Below are positions 40,965-50,415 of a DNA stretch of 64,000 nt, piece by piece; the stretch's first letter is position 1; every line of letters starts with the position of its first letter. The notes below the pieces were generated by a model. It was given only the letters and a program-made list of their open reading frames with translations, did not search any database and had not been told where the DNA came from. Source of the stretch: a virus (Duplodnaviria > Heunggongvirae > Uroviricota > Caudoviricetes); the IMG/VR virus record IMGVR_UViG_3300014204_000107, positions 235,352-299,351 of that record, one strand, 5' to 3'. The translations under genes and the position numbers were made by a program.

Positions 40965-41091
40965 ATAAAATTGCAAATTATGATGGGTGGAAGTACAATA
41001 AAGAATCATAATGGTCTGCATTCATAAAGGGGCTTATAGATTAGAATAGCACTTCAAGAATATAGGATCTTGCACAGACCGGCAATTTTAT
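40965..41091. ncRNA. Candidate structured RNA or small inverted-repeat element
   Basis: Nested stems ATAAAATTGC/GCAATTTTAT, ATTATGAT/ATCATAAT, GGTCTG/CAGACC and CAAGA/TCTTG fill the intergenic gap. Confidence 0.4.
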
Positions 41092-41110
41092 ATTAATCAA
41101 ATTAAATAAT

Positions 41111-41353
41111 ATGGAATCTAACTTATTGGCACCACATAAATCGATAATGAGTCGATACAGCTTAAAAGCTATGGCCGAATCAAAAGGTTTAACTGAAGAA
41201 CAATTTAAAAATTACCTTGAAAAGGAAATACAACTGAAGCAAAAAATGATTGATGATAGATTAGCAAAAGGATATACATTAGAACAGGCAACTAACGAAA
41301 CATTAAGATGTTTATATATTCCCGGATTTAGCGGACCAACATTTAAAGATTAA
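41111..41353 (+). CDS. Hypothetical protein
   Basis: ORF track; packed on the + strand. Confidence 0.6.
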   Translation: MESNLLAPHKSIMSRYSLKAMAESKGLTEEQFKNYLEKEIQLKQKMIDDRLAKGYTLEQATNETLRCLYIPGFSGPTFKD

Positions 41354-41369
41354 CATAAATTTAAACAAA

Positions 41370-41555
41370 ATGGAAACAATTACAATTTCAAAAGAAAAAT
41401 TACAAAAATTGCTTAGTAATTTTTACGCAGTATGCGGATTATGTGATGAAATGGACATATATGAAGCAGAAGAGTTAGATGATGCAATGCAAGAAATGAA
41501 AGAATGGGCAGAGGAAGAGTTTGGACGCACTATTGATAATGAACAATATATTTAA
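41370..41555 (+). CDS. Small acidic hypothetical protein
   Basis: ORF track; A-rich translation initiation region. Confidence 0.6.
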   Translation: METITISKEKLQKLLSNFYAVCGLCDEMDIYEAEELDDAMQEMKEWAEEEFGRTIDNEQYI

Positions 41556-41557
41556 TT

Positions 41558-42049
41558 ATGCGCGGATTTGTAATAGTACAAGATAAGCATAGAGCATTCC
41601 CGGATGCAGAAATTATAATGCCCACGCAGCAAACACATAGTTCTGCTGGATATGATTTCTTTAGTAATGAAGAAGCAACAATATATCCAATACACTATCA
41701 ATACAAATCAGATGCAATATATGAACAAAAGCATGTATTCTGGTTTGACATTGCAGCAATCATGCCGCCTGACGAAGTATTAAAAGTATATTTAAGATCT
41801 TCTTTAGGATTCAAGCATAGTTTAATAATACCAAATTCTGTTGGTGTAATAGACGCGGATTACGCGGGAAATGAAACAAATGGCGGCAACATTGGATGTT
41901 GTTTAATAAATCTTGGCAATACCCCATATACGGTACATAAAGGTGATAGAATATGTCAAGGTATATTTGAAAAGCATTGGCCAGCTTTATTTGGCTATAA
42001 TGTAAATAATGAAATCCGCAATGGTGGAATAGGATCAACAAATAAATAA
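41558..42049 (+). CDS. dut: Trimeric dUTPase
   Basis: SAGYD, RSSLG, GVIDADY, GDRICQG, RNGGIGST motifs. Confidence 0.95.
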   Translation: MRGFVIVQDKHRAFPDAEIIMPTQQTHSSAGYDFFSNEEATIYPIHYQYKSDAIYEQKHVFWFDIAAIMPPDEVLKVYLRSSLGFKHSLIIPNSVGVIDADYAGNETNGGNIGCCLINLGNTPYTVHKGDRICQGIFEKHWPALFGYNVNNEIRNGGIGSTNK

Positions 42050-42051
42050 TT

Positions 42052-42180
42052 ATGAATATAGCATGGATAGCATTAATTTTTGGGCTAATGGTTGGATTTT
42101 GCTTAGGCAATATGTTCCAACTATTAATAAAAGATTATATAATTAAAAATAAAAACAATGGAACAAATACAACTAATTAA
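42052..42180 (+). CDS. 42-aa single-TM peptide (not in ORF track)
   Basis: MNIAWIALIFGLMVGFCLGNMFQLL...; fills the dut-folE gap. Confidence 0.5.
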   Translation: MNIAWIALIFGLMVGFCLGNMFQLLIKDYIIKNKNNGTNTTN

Positions 42181-42814
42181 AGATTCGCAGTCTAACAGGC
42201 CAATTACAGATAAGCAAAGAGAAAAGCTTATTAAGAAAGCAACTAAATCCTATGGCAAATTCTTAACAGATTTGGGATTCGATTGGGAGCAAGACCCACA
42301 AATGAGAGAAACACCCCACCGCGTGGCAAAGATGTACATTAATGAACTATTTGCTGGCACATATTCAGAAGCGCCAGTTATAAAAGATTTTGAAAATTCA
42401 ACTGGCTACGGTGGCATGGTTTTCAGTGGGGGTATTTCGGTAAACTCGATCTGTGCGCATCACCACGTTGGATTTTTTGGAAATGCTTTTATATCATATA
42501 TTCCTGGTAAAACTGGCAATGTTATTGGATTGTCAAAGCTTAATCGAATAGTAGATTTCTTTGCACGCAGACCCCAAATACAAGAATCGTTGACCCAACA
42601 AATACATAACTATATAAAAGAAGTTATTGCTGATAATGAGGGCATAGCTGTATATATCGAAGCCAGACATATGTGTACTCATGCAAGGGGAGTCAAGCAA
42701 AATTCAATCATGGCAACATCTGTATTAAGTGGGTCATTCCTTGAACTTGATAGGGTTAAAGACGAATTCTATCAACAAGTAAATAATATAAAGCAACAAA
42801 TGGGAAAATTTTAA
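42158..42814 (+). CDS. folE: GTP cyclohydrolase I
   Basis: ETPHRVAKMY, SICAHH, GLSKLNRIV..FARRPQIQE.LT, ARHMC...RGV. Confidence 0.95.
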   Translation: MEQIQLIKDSQSNRPITDKQREKLIKKATKSYGKFLTDLGFDWEQDPQMRETPHRVAKMYINELFAGTYSEAPVIKDFENSTGYGGMVFSGGISVNSICAHHHVGFFGNAFISYIPGKTGNVIGLSKLNRIVDFFARRPQIQESLTQQIHNYIKEVIADNEGIAVYIEARHMCTHARGVKQNSIMATSVLSGSFLELDRVKDEFYQQVNNIKQQMGKF

Positions 42815-42820
42815 GAGTAT

Positions 42821-43006
42821 ATGGATAATAGTAGCGGGCATCAAAAAAGAACGAAATGGGATGGTAATTGGGATACTACATCAAATTTTGAGTGGTTATG
42901 TGCAGAATATATACAGGACCAAGATTATGAAAATCACAAAATAACTGCATATGAAATTGCAATTGGCAATGTAAAAACAAAAAACGAAATAGCAAAACAA
43001 AAATGA
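42821..43006 (+). CDS. Hypothetical protein
   Basis: ORF track. Confidence 0.5.
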   Translation: MDNSSGHQKRTKWDGNWDTTSNFEWLCAEYIQDQDYENHKITAYEIAIGNVKTKNEIAKQK

Positions 43007-43182
43007 AAGAGTACTTTCCTGAATTTATACGCAAAGAAGTTAGAACTGTTGTATATAATGCATATATTGATGCATTAGATTATAAACAAATAGCATGCAA
43101 AGTTAGTGATGTCTTAAAGCAAGAAATATCGGAGGATGAAATAGATGCAATTATTGATTATTATAATATGATTTATATATGA
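43003..43182 (+). CDS. 59-aa hypothetical protein (not in ORF track)
   Basis: MKEYFPEFIRKEVR...YYNMIYI; ATGA overlaps on both sides. Confidence 0.55.
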   Translation: MKEYFPEFIRKEVRTVVYNAYIDALDYKQIACKVSDVLKQEISEDEIDAIIDYYNMIYI

Positions 43183-43742
43183 TAGTATTACCAGCAATAA
43201 AAGAAAGAAAACTATATCTCGCAGACCAAGTAGACCAAAAGAAAATAGCAGAATTAGCATCTGTCATTATAGATATTAATGAATCCGACGATGAAATTGA
43301 AGAAGTAGCAAAAATAAGTGGGTTTAAATATGAACGTAAGCCAATTAAATTATATATAGATAGTTATGGTGGTAGAGTGTACCAATGTTTTGGATTGCTC
43401 GGTGTCATGGAACATTCTAAAACGCCAGTCCATACAATAGTTACAGGATGTGCAATGAGTTGTGGATTTTTAATATCAATAACCGGCCATAAAAGATTTG
43501 GATATAATAAATCAACATATTTATACCATCAAGTATCGGGCGGCATGGATGGCAAAATTGCAGATATGGAGGAAGAGGTAATTGAAACAAAACGATTACA
43601 AAAGATGATAGAGGAACATACTTTGCAACATACTAAAATTACAAAGGAAAGATTAAAAGAAGTTTATGAAAAAAAGCAGGATTGGTTTATAAATACACAC
43701 CAAGCATTGCAACTTAATATTATAGACGAAATAATAAAATGA
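43179..43742 (+). CDS. clpP: ClpP-like serine protease
   Basis: PIKLYIDSYGG, VHTIV.G.AMSCG (Ser), YLYHQ (His), QDWF (Asp), IIDEI. Confidence 0.88.
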   Translation: MIVLPAIKERKLYLADQVDQKKIAELASVIIDINESDDEIEEVAKISGFKYERKPIKLYIDSYGGRVYQCFGLLGVMEHSKTPVHTIVTGCAMSCGFLISITGHKRFGYNKSTYLYHQVSGGMDGKIADMEEEVIETKRLQKMIEEHTLQHTKITKERLKEVYEKKQDWFINTHQALQLNIIDEIIK

Positions 43743-43762
43743 TGAAAACAAGGAGAATTAAC

Positions 43763-44434
43763 ATGCCAGAATTAGATTTAAACAGTATCGTGCAGTATCC
43801 GTTTTCTACAAACCAATACATGCAAGAAGAATATCCAAAGAAGCAGATATTCTTACACCACACAGCAGGTAACCATGACCCATTTGGAGTATTTAGATGG
43901 TGGGAAGCAAACCAAGAACGCGTAGCTGTATGTGCCGTAATAGGTGGCAGACCAGATGCTAATGATAATTGGCGCGACGGTGAAATAGTTCAAGGTTATA
44001 GTTCAAAGTTTTGGGCGTACCATTTGGGGCTCCGACAAGCAGTTTTTGCCCAATTTGGAGTACCATACCAACCGTTAGATAAAACCAGCATAGCTATAGA
44101 AATATGTAATTGGGGCGAATTAAGATATATAAATGGTAAATTCTATACATATGTTAACACAATAGTTCCGCGAGACCAAGTAGTGCAGCTAAATTATAGA
44201 GGATCACAATATTTTCATGCTTACACAGATGCGCAAATTGAATCAGTACGGCAATTACTTGTTTATTGGGGCAATAGATATAACATTCCATTAACATATA
44301 ACCCAAATATGTTTGAAGTAAATGCAAAAGCATTGGCAGGAATGCCTGGTGTATGGACACATACATCTGTGAGATATGACAAAAACGACTTGGCACCACA
44401 ACCAAAACTATTAGCAATGCTGCAAAGTTTATGA
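43763..44434 (+). CDS. N-acetylmuramoyl-L-alanine amidase (probable endolysin)
   Basis: IFLHHTAG, WAYH, SIAIEI, YTDAQ, H...DK.D; AAGGAG SD supports ATG 43763. Confidence 0.85.
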   Translation: MPELDLNSIVQYPFSTNQYMQEEYPKKQIFLHHTAGNHDPFGVFRWWEANQERVAVCAVIGGRPDANDNWRDGEIVQGYSSKFWAYHLGLRQAVFAQFGVPYQPLDKTSIAIEICNWGELRYINGKFYTYVNTIVPRDQVVQLNYRGSQYFHAYTDAQIESVRQLLVYWGNRYNIPLTYNPNMFEVNAKALAGMPGVWTHTSVRYDKNDLAPQPKLLAMLQSL

Positions 44435-44778
44435 AAAATATATTTATAATTTGTACTGTGCGTTCCGCAACACCTGAATATGTGCAAGTGTTAGAAGAAT
44501 ATGCCAAACAACTTGAAAAAGATGGCAATATAGTTTACCTCCCACACAGGGATACAGATCAAACTGCGTCTGGATTAGAAATTTGTAAACAAAATGCTAC
44601 TGCTATTGCAGCAGCTGATGAAGTGCATATATTTTATAATTCAAAATCGCAAGGCACCCATTTTGATATGGGTGTTGCATTTGCATTAGGAAAGAGAATT
44701 GTAGTAATTGAAAATGAAACTTATGGCGAAGGTAAAAGTTATTCACGTATGTTAATGGAATGGCAAGCACAAGTATGA
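44431..44778 (+). CDS. Nucleoside 2-deoxyribosyltransferase / nucleotide N-hydrolase-like protein
   Basis: VYLPHRD, N..AI..ADEV, SQGTHFDMGVAFALGKRI. Confidence 0.75.
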   Translation: MKNIFIICTVRSATPEYVQVLEEYAKQLEKDGNIVYLPHRDTDQTASGLEICKQNATAIAAADEVHIFYNSKSQGTHFDMGVAFALGKRIVVIENETYGEGKSYSRMLMEWQAQV

Positions 44779-44972
44779 CAAAGTTTTTTAATAGATTTTC
44801 ATTATCAACAATTATTATTTATTTTACAAGTTCGTTAATAAGTAATTCACTAATTATATATAATTGGACACAAGGTGCAAGATGGTGTGCAGCAATTGCT
44901 TGGTTTTTGGCATTTGTAATATCATCATTAGCTACATATGGAGAAACGATAGAAAAAGGAAAACAAAGATGA
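44775..44972 (+). CDS. Small two-TM membrane protein (holin candidate)
   Basis: Two hydrophobic segments and a basic C-terminus, near the amidase; the function is inferred only. Confidence 0.4.
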   Translation: MTKFFNRFSLSTIIIYFTSSLISNSLIIYNWTQGARWCAAIAWFLAFVISSLATYGETIEKGKQR

Positions 44973-45184
44973 ACCCACAAGCGTATGAACAAGGTAAAAG
45001 AAGGTTAAAGGAATTAACCCGTTTACTTGATGCAATCTTAAAGAAAAACTCGATTGTAAATGAAAATGGTGAAAGAGTTATGAATTTCACAGATGACGAA
45101 AAACAGCAACAGTATTTTGCAATGTTAGAAGAATTTAATATTCTTAGCGAGCAGATTGGAAATAAACAAATATTATTAGATTAA
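44969..45184 (+). CDS. Hypothetical protein
   Basis: AAGGA SD, ATG 44969 (MNPQAYEQG...); overlaps the polB start. Confidence 0.6.
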   Translation: MNPQAYEQGKRRLKELTRLLDAILKKNSIVNENGERVMNFTDDEKQQQYFAMLEEFNILSEQIGNKQILLD

Positions 45185-48100
45185 TGTACATAAATAGCTA
45201 CTACGACAAGAAACAAAAGATAGTGCACATATGGGATGATATGCGTGGTCATATTCAAATTCCATATAAAAGATATGCATTTAAGAAGACTAACAAAAAG
45301 GAAGGCAATTTTATAACATTAGATGGCCACCCTGCAAAGAAAGTATATGATTGGACTGATGAAGACATTGAAAGTGGCTTAATATATGAATCAGATGTGC
45401 ACCCGGAAACGCGCACACTAATTGATATGTATTATGAATCTGATGAGCAATCTAAAAACCATTGCGACTTATTTCTTGATATAGAAGTTTCAACTAAAAA
45501 TGGCTTTCCTATTATTAAGGAAGCCAATAATGAAATTACAGCCATCGGCAATTATGCACGTGGTTCACTTGAAGAAAAATATTATTGCTTTGCTCTTGAT
45601 AAGGAAGATAAAACAAAAGATCTTAAGTTAGAAAATACTAAGATAATAAGATGCCATACAGAAGAAGAGCTATTAAATAAATGGCTTGATTGGTATGAAT
45701 ACGAACAAGTTACTTGCTTGACAGGATGGAATTGTTTGGATGTAAATAGTTCAATATGGTTGCAAAACCAAATAATTAAATTATCAGATTGTAAAATCAA
45801 TGATAAATTAGATAAATATGGTATAATTAACAATGTTATAAATACTGGATTTAAAAAAAGTTACAATATTAATTTATATGGTGGCACTAATATAACTACA
45901 TCTGGCAATCATATATTTCCTTCATATATTGTTCCAAAAAATAAATATATCGATGATGCATTAATAACACAATATATATCTGAAAAATCAACAGTTGAAC
46001 TATCAAAACAATTAATAAATAATAATATTTATTGTAGAGTTGAAAAGCATAATAATATTAATGTCGAATTAACATATAAAGATATTATTTTAAATAATTT
46101 AAAATTATATCTGTCATATTCTTGGTTTGATGTTATGGTTGGCGGAGAAAAAATTAAAAATTATTTATTACAACATCATTATGATGAAACAATAAATATC
46201 ATAAAAAACAAAAGATATCTTTCCAAATTTGATTATGGTAATAGCAGCTGCTGGCGATATAAAAACTTTAAACACTTATTGCCATTTGAATTATTATATG
46301 AATATATACAAACATCACATGAATTTAAAATCTACATTAAACATTCTAAGACAATAATTAGGGATGATAAGATTACATTTGATGCATGTAAATTATTAGG
46401 ATTATTGTTTACTGATGGATGTATTGATAAAAATCTAGTAGATTCAAATATTTGCAACGGTGATATTGGTATTGTTACAGACTATACTAATATCATTAAT
46501 GAATTATATGCTAGAAAATCATTATCAATTTTTAAAAAATCAAAACGAGATAATTGTTACTATGGTACATTTAGTTCTAACGTATTTAGAATATTATTAC
46601 CCTGCATATATGATCAAAAATTTAAAAAACACATAAATACTAATCTGATATCTCAATTTTCAAATTCACAATTTAATTCTTTTTTTAGTGGGATGATAGA
46701 TGGCGATGGATCTGTTACTGGTGGTGTTTCATTATGCAATTATGAAAATAATTTGATTAACATTCAAGAATTATTAATGTGGAATGGCGTATTTTCAACG
46801 CTAAATCATAATAAAACCGTTCTATGGATTTCACCTAATCAATATAATAAATCATTTATTGAATCGTTAAATATATCCCACCATACCAAAAAAATAACTC
46901 AAGCAAATCTTAAATTTAAATTTAGAAATCATGCCAAGTCTAAATTATTACGATATATAGATAGAGAAGATCACGTTTTAGTTAGAATTGATTCGATAAT
47001 CGATGATAAAGATATTGAAATGATGGATTTAACTACATCTACGCATTATTTTATTGCAAATAGTATTAAAACTCATAATTGTGATGATTTTGACATCCCA
47101 TATTTATATCGCCGTATAACTAAAGTATTAGGAAAGCAAGCTGCAAATAGATTGAGCCCTATTGGTATAGTTGAAATAGATGATTTTATGGGCGTTAAGA
47201 TTGCGGGTGTTTCATCACTTGACTATATGATGCTTTATAAGTTATATACTTACAACCAGGAGCCATCGTATTCATTAGAATATATTTCGACTAAAGAACT
47301 TGGTGAAGGCAAGAAAAAATATGAAGGTTCATTACAACAATTATATGAAACTGATATATGTTCTTATGTAGAATATAATATAATTGACGTTATGCGAGTA
47401 TTGCAATTAGATGAAAAATTGCAATTTATGGATAGGGCAAAGGACATTAGTCACCAAGCACATACTCCATATGAAAGTATATCAATGGCATCAAGGGTTA
47501 TTGATGGATTTTGTTTAACTGAATCAAAGAAAATAAATATAGTATTACCCAATAGAAAAAAACATAAAGAATTAGGTCTCTTGCAGGACCACGATGAAGG
47601 AGATGATAAAATATTTGTAAAAGACCCAATACCAGCTGAATTACCAAAGCGTGGTATGCTTAAAATATATAAAACAAAATCATCGTGGTTAGAAATAAAC
47701 TTTGTTGATTGGAAAGACAATTATTTTATTCTTGAAGAACCGCTGGAAGAGCATATAGATGAGGAATTTCCAATTATATTAGCATTAATTGGTGCATATG
47801 TTAAAGAACCAATACCTGGATTATATAAGTGGATATTTGATATTGACGTAACATCTGAGTACCCAAACACAATGATCACGCTTAATATTTCACCAGAAAC
47901 GAAAATGGGTAGGATTATCAATTGGGATGCGGAAGAATATATACAGGGGCATATTAAACAGTATGACGTTCGCGTAAAAGGTAGGAAGCAAATTCTTACA
48001 AAAGAAGAGTTAGCAGAAATGCTTGAAGATAATAAATATGCAGTAGCTGCTAATGGCGTATTTTATAGAACGGATAAAGTTGGACTTATTCCAAAATTGC

Positions 48101-49248
48101 TTATTAAATTATTTGCAAATAGGAAAGAATATCGTGAATTAGCTAAGAAATATGGCAAAGCTGGCGATAAAGATAAACATAGATATTTTGATAAAAAGCA
48201 ACTTATCCAAAAGATTTTACTTAATTCGTTTTATGGAGTGCTTGGCTTAACATCATTTAGATTCTATGACATCGATAATGCTGAAGGCGTAACAAGTTCG
48301 GGACAGTGCATGATAAAATTTACTGCTAAAGTTGCAAATAAATACATTAATAAAATTGTAAATACTGCAGACCATGAGGAAGATATTGACTATGTGATCT
48401 ATGCAGATACTGATAGTTGCTATATACAAGCGTTACCATTAGTATTAAAGCGGTATTCGGATATTAATTTAACAAACGACGATGAAATTGCTGAAAAAGT
48501 AATTGACGTCGCAGTGGAAGTAGAAAATTATGTCAATAAAGCATATGATTATTATGCTAAAAAGTTTTATAATGTAGACATACATACGCTTGAAGTCAAG
48601 CAGGAATATGTTTCTAAATCTATGTTGTTATTAGCAAAGAAGAGATATGCACAAAAACTTATTCGTGAAAAAGGTTTAGTAATTAATAAACTTGATGTAA
48701 AGGGCATGGATGTAGTTCGTTCAGATTTCCCGATGTCATTTAGGCAATTCTTTACTGAAATACTTATTGATATACTAGATTTAAATGGCTATGCGGACGT
48801 AAGTTCTAAAATTTTAGAATTTAAATACAGCTTGCATAAACGGGAATTAGACCAGATTATGAATCCAAAGGCAGTTAAGAATGTTTCTAAATACGATAAG
48901 AATCGCCATAAATTTGGAAATACAAAGGGAGCTCCGGTTCACGTTAAAGCCGCGTTAATGTACAATGATTTCTTACAGTTATATGGCATTAAAGACGTAA
49001 AACCAATTTCAAATGGTGAAAAGATTAAATGGTGCTATCTCAAAGACAATAACTATAATATTGAAACATTAGCGTTACGGGATTCCAATGACCCACAACA
49101 AATTATAGATTTTATAAAAGCATTTATTAACTATGAATATATGTTCGATAAAGCGTTTGGAAAGAAGATAAATGCAATATATAATGCATTAAAGTGGGGA
49201 AGTTTGCCAAAATCTAATGTTTCAACTAAATTTTTCGATTTTTCATAA
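45184..49248 (+). CDS. polB: Family-B DNA polymerase with intein
   Basis: ExoI DIE, ExoII GWN|CDDFD, ExoIII YNIID, GAYV, motif A DVTSEYP, motif B KILLNSFYG, motif C YADTDS, KKRY. Confidence 0.95.
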   Translation: MYINSYYDKKQKIVHIWDDMRGHIQIPYKRYAFKKTNKKEGNFITLDGHPAKKVYDWTDEDIESGLIYESDVHPETRTLIDMYYESDEQSKNHCDLFLDIEVSTKNGFPIIKEANNEITAIGNYARGSLEEKYYCFALDKEDKTKDLKLENTKIIRCHTEEELLNKWLDWYEYEQVTCLTGWNCLDVNSSIWLQNQIIKLSDCKINDKLDKYGIINNVINTGFKKSYNINLYGGTNITTSGNHIFPSYIVPKNKYIDDALITQYISEKSTVELSKQLINNNIYCRVEKHNNINVELTYKDIILNNLKLYLSYSWFDVMVGGEKIKNYLLQHHYDETINIIKNKRYLSKFDYGNSSCWRYKNFKHLLPFELLYEYIQTSHEFKIYIKHSKTIIRDDKITFDACKLLGLLFTDGCIDKNLVDSNICNGDIGIVTDYTNIINELYARKSLSIFKKSKRDNCYYGTFSSNVFRILLPCIYDQKFKKHINTNLISQFSNSQFNSFFSGMIDGDGSVTGGVSLCNYENNLINIQELLMWNGVFSTLNHNKTVLWISPNQYNKSFIESLNISHHTKKITQANLKFKFRNHAKSKLLRYIDREDHVLVRIDSIIDDKDIEMMDLTTSTHYFIANSIKTHNCDDFDIPYLYRRITKVLGKQAANRLSPIGIVEIDDFMGVKIAGVSSLDYMMLYKLYTYNQEPSYSLEYISTKELGEGKKKYEGSLQQLYETDICSYVEYNIIDVMRVLQLDEKLQFMDRAKDISHQAHTPYESISMASRVIDGFCLTESKKINIVLPNRKKHKELGLLQDHDEGDDKIFVKDPIPAELPKRGMLKIYKTKSSWLEINFVDWKDNYFILEEPLEEHIDEEFPIILALIGAYVKEPIPGLYKWIFDIDVTSEYPNTMITLNISPETKMGRIINWDAEEYIQGHIKQYDVRVKGRKQILTKEELAEMLEDNKYAVAANGVFYRTDKVGLIPKLLIKLFANRKEYRELAKKYGKAGDKDKHRYFDKKQLIQKILLNSFYGVLGLTSFRFYDIDNAEGVTSSGQCMIKFTAKVANKYINKIVNTADHEEDIDYVIYADTDSCYIQALPLVLKRYSDINLTNDDEIAEKVIDVAVEVENYVNKAYDYYAKKFYNVDIHTLEVKQEYVSKSMLLLAKKRYAQKLIREKGLVINKLDVKGMDVVRSDFPMSFRQFFTEILIDILDLNGYADVSSKILEFKYSLHKRELDQIMNPKAVKNVSKYDKNRHKFGNTKGAPVHVKAALMYNDFLQLYGIKDVKPISNGEKIKWCYLKDNNYNIETLALRDSNDPQQIIDFIKAFINYEYMFDKAFGKKINAIYNALKWGSLPKSNVSTKFFDFS
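45733..47079 (+). mobile_element. 449-aa LAGLIDADG intein in the polB exonuclease domain
   Basis: Starts CLDVNS; block B TSGNH; LLGLLFTDG and FFSGMIDGDG; ends THN/C; removal restores GWNCDDFD. Confidence 0.93.
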
Positions 49249-49254
49249 AAAAGT

Positions 49255-49284
49255 TGATAAAATCGACACCGTATTCATATTTAT
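49255..49284 (+). promoter_or_regulatory. Putative bipartite phage promoter (TGATAAAATCGA-N10-ATATTTAT)
   Basis: Third copy of the two-box arrangement; heads the DpdL/glycosyltransferase/DpdA/clamp operon. Confidence 0.55.
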
Positions 49285-49322
49285 TAGTAAAACAGTTACA
49301 AATTAACTAAAAATTATAAGTT

Positions 49323-49754
49323 ATGCAAGGAAAGCCATATTTCTACGGCCCGGAAGTCGAAGGCCGTTATACGGGCATTCAGACTGTATTTGTGAGAGAA
49401 CAGTTTCCAGAAGATGCGCCCAAGTACCCACATATATACTTCACAGTTGAATTCATGGAAAAAGCAATCCACGATGAGCGACTGATGCAAGATATTATTA
49501 CAATATCAGATTTAAAAACACAGCAAATTACGCTTGAGATATTTCCAAGCCAATTTGATAAAATTCCATATGCGCTACGCAATACATGCCATATATTAGT
49601 TAGAGTATCTCTTCCTATAATAGAAAAGCTTAAACCAAGTGATACGATTACTCTTGATGTCGAGCCATACAACGTATATACGATTACAAAATGGAATATG
49701 CAGCATGTAGCACCAACCGATTATAGTTTCGATTCGAATAAACCAACAGTATAA
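49323..49754 (+). CDS. Hypothetical protein heading the DNA-modification operon
   Basis: YFYGPEVEG...TVFV...PHIYF; no function recognised. Confidence 0.65.
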   Translation: MQGKPYFYGPEVEGRYTGIQTVFVREQFPEDAPKYPHIYFTVEFMEKAIHDERLMQDIITISDLKTQQITLEIFPSQFDKIPYALRNTCHILVRVSLPIIEKLKPSDTITLDVEPYNVYTITKWNMQHVAPTDYSFDSNKPTV

Positions 49755-49764
49755 AACATAGCAA

Positions 49765-50067
49765 ATGAAAAGATTAGTAAAAGACGGTGACTTTATTTCA
49801 ATGAAAGACAGCACACAAAGTGATGTTAAATTAATATTAGATAAAATAAAAGATGGTTGGGTATATACAAATAAAAAATTATGGAAGCAATGGAAGCAAT
49901 GGAAGCGCGGCACACTTGTTATAGATGAGCCAGTTTTAACTGAACAAACAAAAGAATTGCCTAAAAAAGAAAAAGTTAAAAAGGTTAAACATGCAGATAC
50001 TGCAGTTGAAGAAAAGAAGAAAAGCAGATTTGAACGCAACAAAGAAAAGAAAAACAAAAGAAAATAA
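49765..50067 (+). CDS. Basic, Lys-rich hypothetical protein
   Basis: ORF track; WKQWKQWK repeat. Confidence 0.6.
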   Translation: MKRLVKDGDFISMKDSTQSDVKLILDKIKDGWVYTNKKLWKQWKQWKRGTLVIDEPVLTEQTKELPKKEKVKKVKHADTAVEEKKKSRFERNKEKKNKRK

Positions 50068-50414
50068 TGAAAACAAATATAATAGTTAATTTAACAGTTG
50101 AAGGTTTGCATTGCTGGAAAGAAGCAGAAATAAAGCTTCCGGAAGTAGCTTATTTATCTAATTTGCACAGACATAATTTTTATATTACGTGCAAGCAAGA
50201 AGTTCAACACCATAACAGACAAAAAGAATTTATAATGCTTAAGCATGAAATATTTGATCATTTGTTATTAACGTATTTTGATGAACAATTTAATTGCATG
50301 AATTTTGACACAATGTCTTGTGAAATGATTGCAGTTGAATTATTTGAGAAGTTTGGTTTAAGCTACTGCAGCGTTTTAGAAGACGGGGAATGTGGTGGAG
50401 AAATAGTAAAATAA
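50067..50414 (+). CDS. dpdL: QueD-paralog T-fold protein, DpdL-like (predicted CDG decarboxylase)
   Basis: EGLHCW, LSNLHRHNF (LxxxHRHxF), MSCE.IA, V.EDGE.G; second QueD-like gene in a deazaguanine cluster. Confidence 0.7.
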   Translation: MKTNIIVNLTVEGLHCWKEAEIKLPEVAYLSNLHRHNFYITCKQEVQHHNRQKEFIMLKHEIFDHLLLTYFDEQFNCMNFDTMSCEMIAVELFEKFGLSYCSVLEDGECGGEIVK

Positions 50415-50415
50415 T

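Noticed and set aside
40965-41091. preQ1 riboswitch or hammerhead ribozyme identity for the structured element
   Set aside because: No preQ1-I consensus and no CUGAnGA/GAAA core on either strand, and it lies downstream rather than upstream of queE; kept only as an unclassified candidate.
49880-49906. ATGGAAGCA tandem repeat (WKQWKQWK)
   Set aside because: Short in-frame microduplication with no evidence of function or phase variation.
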